A stretch of DNA of 55,332 nucleotides, filler included, from Basidioascus undulatus (lineage: Eukaryota): assembly GCA_000826855.1 (NCBI GenBank). It is 3 parts of 3 records of this genome, joined end to end, with 100 filler letters (N's around TTAATTAATTAA, not from the genome) between each part and the next. Parts side by side here need not be neighbours in the genome. Positions count along the whole stretch, not along the records: positions 36,977 to 55,332 come from JTLS01000468.1; 2 more parts are not named here. One strand, written 5' to 3'. Positions 51,240 to 55,332 of this stretch are shown piece after piece (position 1 is the stretch's first letter; each line of letters begins with the position of its first letter). The notes under the pieces were generated by a model that searched no databases, was not told the DNA's origin, and was given only the letters and a program-made list of their open reading frames with translations. The position numbers and the translations under genes were made by a program.

Positions 51240-51700
51240 CGGGAAACCACGGTTAACCTTGTAACCGTTGAAGAAGTACACCACCATTCTCTACACTCAT
51301 CCAGGAGTGCCGTCAGAGTACATGGGGTTGAAACGTGAGTCGTCCCAATGATGTGCAGCGCTGTACACACTGACCATGCCCACATCTTTCAGCAAAATCT
51401 AAGGGCTTTATCCCAGCCTTTACAGTGCGGGGCAATCTCGAGCAGGTTGCCAAGAAGGCGGAGCAACGGTGGAACGCAGAGCAGCGTTGGTACTACGTCT
51501 CTGCTAACTTCGAGGTCCTCGTCAATTAAGCCATGAAGCAATTGGGCTGCTTATTCTGTATTCTGTAAAGAAGGTAATGCCTGACCTACGCCCATACGCA
51601 CATCACAGGTTCGGCCGACTGAGCTCGAAGCGTTCATGGTGTGGAAAGAGAACGGGCTGGAGATGCGGTGCATTCTCAAAACATTCGTACGTGAGGGATC
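51240..51700 (+). pseudogene. HSPA12-like Hsp70 3' fragment, copy B
   Basis: YTHPGVPSEYMGL|..TVRGNLEQVAKKAEQRWN..YVSANFEVLV|FG..ELEAFMVWKENG. DNA is visibly homologous to 43590-43980 with the same intron positions. Confidence 0.7.
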
Positions 51701-53455
51701 TTGCGGGTACCGTGATGACTCACCACAGGCACGAGGTCGGCTTAGGGACCACTTATTGGGAAACTTCCTCAATAATGCATGTTTTTACACCAAACTTCGA
51801 AATAAATTTTTGTCTCGCTCTAGGAATATTCTTCACACAGGTGCAAACGAACAAAGAGCATCGCTGTGGGAGGGGAGCAGTTGCGAGGGGACAACGGACG
51901 TGGGCTGGCGGCGGTGAGTGCTCTGGAGTTTCACTGCCTACGCGGGTGTCGTTCATATCTGTTGTGTCAATTTACAGTAATATCTTGGTGGCCCTTGGTT
52001 GAACTACACGGAGTTGGCACAGTTACTTCCAGATATCGAGCAATTCAACCAGCATCATTCTGCGTTGTTGGCAGACTGGAAGAAGAACGTAACGGACAAC
52101 GTGACTCGACCAGGCCCGAGCCCTTGCAGGGGTCCCACCACCTGGTGGTAGTGTGAGGTCTTCAGAGGCATATGAAGATAATGCGACTCGCGGCTGTAGC
52201 ATTTGCCTTGCAGGCTGACGCTCGCTTTAGATTTGACGCAGTTTTGGCAGCAGTCGAAACACCATACATGCTCGGAACCCACATGGTACTACTAGGTCAC
52301 GGTATCTCAGCATGTACAGCAAGCAAACAACCGTTTTTGCTCTCCCTATTGTCTGCTGCGATTCCCACTCAACACCCACACTTCCCGTACTTGGCCGGGC
52401 AGTTGCACCTTGGGAAATCCCCGGCCTCGTCAGAGACTCCAAGACGAAAGAAGCAAGGGCAGGAGTCGGTGTTGCCAAGTACGACATAAGAAGTTAGTAC
52501 TCACCCTCCGTCATCGCAGGTGCAGCCGGACGGGTTGTCCGAGGCCTCCGGAGCGGGAGGCGCCGTCGAGGGGACTGGGAAGATCACCGGGGTACGCGTG
52601 TGGACGACGTCGGTGCCGGACTCGACCTTTCCATGGTCGGTTGTGTCGCCCTCAGCCACCTGGGAGACTGCACATGCGTCTTAACCTCTTGCGAATGAAT
52701 GAGGAAAATAGCTTGTTAGCTGGGCATACTAGGGATATGGGACATAATGCTGGGTGCGGTTGAACACGGGTGGTGCGACGTGGCAGTGGATGTAGTACGT
52801 TAGGTAGATTGTGTGTTACTTCAGAGCCTCCGGTGTCCGCTCAAGACTGTTATATACCTTTGAACACCCTCAAGCGGGCACCGCCTCCGAGCGCAAAGAA
52901 TGGTTGGGGAAACAAGGCCTTGCAAGAACAAAGGTCACGCAGCGGATGTTCAGGACGAACGCATTCGAGAGAAACTCTTACATTCCGTTTTCGTTTGTGT
53001 GGCCATTCTAACGTTTGACTGATGTTTAGAAATATCCGAATTTCTCGAGGCTTCTCGGAGCGTAGACAATGGGTGTAGCTGGGCTGAAGGGCAAGCATCC
53101 CTAAGCGTGTAGACGGATAGGAGATTTGTTGCGAGGACAAGAAGGAACAGCAGTATTCGCGAACTCGGGTGTGATTGAGCAGAGGCAGTGAATATGCAAG
53201 CACAAGAGTTTCAGGATATTGACGTCTGCTTGGCAGTCCGCCACGCCGTCTCGTCCGTGAAGTTTGACAGAATGGTGCCTTGAAAACCGGCGCTTGGGCC
53301 TCGACGGCCCCCACCTCCCCCAGATATGAACTTTCAAGAGATTCCGGCAGTCGAGCACGCGGAGGATCAATGCTTGCACGTTACTTTCCCTTTCCCCACT
53401 ACATTCTCCTGTCCCACTGTCAATCACTATCTCCCTACACTTCGAAACGGTATTC

Positions 53456-54696
53456 ATGTTTACCGACGACTCGCCCGAACTCGTTGCGGCACGCACTGCG
53501 CTCAGCGCCCGACTTGATATTGCAGCTCTCCTCCGCGTGGCATCCTCAAAGCGAAACGGCATCCCCTGTTCGCTGTCGCCTGACAAGAAGTACGGGCTCG
53601 TGCATGCTGTGTACTGCGTCGTCTTCGCCGACGGAGTGAAATGGGCGGCTAAGATATCGCTCGGACTCGAAGAGCAGCTCGATCTCGCACACTATTCGAT
53701 CGAAGACGACGAAGCGGAGGTCGCGCTCCTACGCTTTTTCGAGGACGCGCTGCCTCATCTGCCGGTGCCGCGTATCTTCGCGTTCGACGCGGAGGGCGCA
53801 GACTTCGGGGCCCGGTACATCCTCATGACCTGGTTTGATGGGGCCCATGTGGAATGGAGGAAAGAGGACGTGCCGCTGGAGGCGAGGCGCAAGATAGCCG
53901 ACCAGCTCGCCAGCTTCCTTGTGGATTTGTTCTTCGGCACCACTGCGCCTCCGCACGACACCTGGGTCGCCCCGCCCGCGTCTGCAGCACCCACTTCGGC
54001 CACTACCCTTCTGATCGAGCATATCAATTACCGCATTATGCGTCGCTGTCGCGGACGTGGTCCAGGCGGCCTCGATCTTCGCGATTATCTCATCTTGCGC
54101 TCGCTCGCTCGCACGGCTGTGCCAGCCGAGTTTGAACGCGGACCGTTCCCCATCCACCACGACGATGTACACCCTTGGAACGTGTTCTGGGACGAGGAAT
54201 ATAACCTGGTCGGGTGAGTCAAGGCTTCTCTTCTCTAGTATCTGAAACCCAAAGTACTGAAATCCTGTACATCTTGATCCACAGGGTCATCGACTGGAGC
54301 GGCCACAGGACCGGCCTCCGCGTCTCCTTCCCCATCTTCGCTTTCGCGGCCCAGCCGCGCTTTGTGGAATCCGACCGTCCCTACTTTCTCGAGCGTCTAA
54401 AGTTCCACGAAGAGCGCCGTCTCCTGGATCATTCTCCTGCCGCCTTCAGCAGCCGATCTCTCGCCGATCTCGCTGCGCATGCGACCAAGGAGCTGCCCAT
54501 TTTGTACGCAGGTTGGACAAACCCAAATGTTTTCCAGAAAGTTCTGGAAGATGCCGGAGGAAGGAACAGCTCGCACGCCCTGCAATTGGCAAATGAGGAG
54601 CTGAGGGAGGTGTTGGGGTTGTTTCCGCACATTGCCGACACGCACGAAGTGACTGAAGCGCGACGTATCATTGAAGAGGGACTGATTGATGCGTAA
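53456..54696 (+). CDS. Aminoglycoside-phosphotransferase (APH/kinase-like) family protein
   Basis: FADGVKWAAKI, EVALLRF..LPVPRIFAFD, YILMTWFDG, Brenner-like HHDDVHPWNVFWD, G|VIDW. Single intron 54214-54284. Confidence 0.88.
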
Positions 54697-55332
54697 TACT
54701 GTTGTTTTACTTGGGTCCGAACGTGCACGACGTGTCGTTGACAAATGTGTCTCTCAGCTGCCTATCCGCCCAGGCTAATTTCCGCGAGCAGCGAGGGGAT
54801 GACCGGCCATATGTGGATGGCTGGAAGTCGTAAAAAATGTGCAGGGGTAAAAAGCTGCTTGCAGTTATAGTCAATCTCGGTGCAAAGCGACGCGCCAACG
54901 TCCACGGCTCGCAGTCTTGTCCCTTGCCCCCGACTGGGGCGTTTCTATATCCCAAGCTTTCTTCCCGTAGCTTCCTCGAACTTCTGCATGTCTAGATACC
55001 TACATCCTCTCGGCTACATCAAATCACTCTGGCGCAGGATCTTCCCCCGTGTGCGCCAGTGTGTCCTATCCGCGAGCAGACCACGGACAACGCCGATGAT
55101 GGTGGTGAGTGCCTCTAACGTTTGGCTGTCCGTCGTTGGGCACGCGAAAGGCAGGGAGATCGACCTTGCCAAGGAGCGCGGGCCTTCCCTCGGCGGTGTG
55201 GGCAGACGCCCGGAAGATTGGCGCGTCAGGACCCCTGAAGATGCCGATCGAGGAGAAGTCGATCGAGGATTAGAGCTTCGGCTGAGCGGTGTCCTTGCAG
55301 CTGTGTGAGACGAGGCCAAGCGAGGCCAGCCA

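Noticed and set aside
54880..55332. ORFs at the window end
   Set aside because: No motif recognised, and the window edge prevents assessment.

Overview
Eukaryotic, GC-rich and intron-dense DNA (short ~45-70 nt introns; GTGCGT/GTACGT/GTGAGT donors), most consistent with a basidiomycete fungus, possibly Pucciniomycotina (inference). The window is three contigs joined by two artificial 100-nt N/TTAATTAATTAA spacers (18409-18508, 36877-36976). Apparently intact genes include PIH1-like, an atypical SDR, a PhyH dioxygenase, FYV4/mS41, DPM3, PFD1, RNA15/CstF-64, MAS2, a partial RIM2-like carrier, UPF0014, an HpcH aldolase, an APH-like kinase, tRNA-Val(AAC) and an intron-containing tRNA-Asn(GTT). Between them lie about eleven frameshifted, nonsense-carrying or deletion-truncated genes: two F-box-type, a polyamine oxidase, a SAM methyltransferase, a BAH-PHD reader, an inverted MYND pair, two HSPA12-like Hsp70s, a sugar porter and a SnoaL cyclase. 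Other notable items are an in-frame LIM/Ap4A-phosphorylase chimera, a higher-order ~115/230-bp tandem repeat, a small secreted Pro-rich repeat protein and several 5-9 nt microexons. I cannot support a confidently new biological system. All family calls come from motif recognition by eye and exon boundaries are manual.
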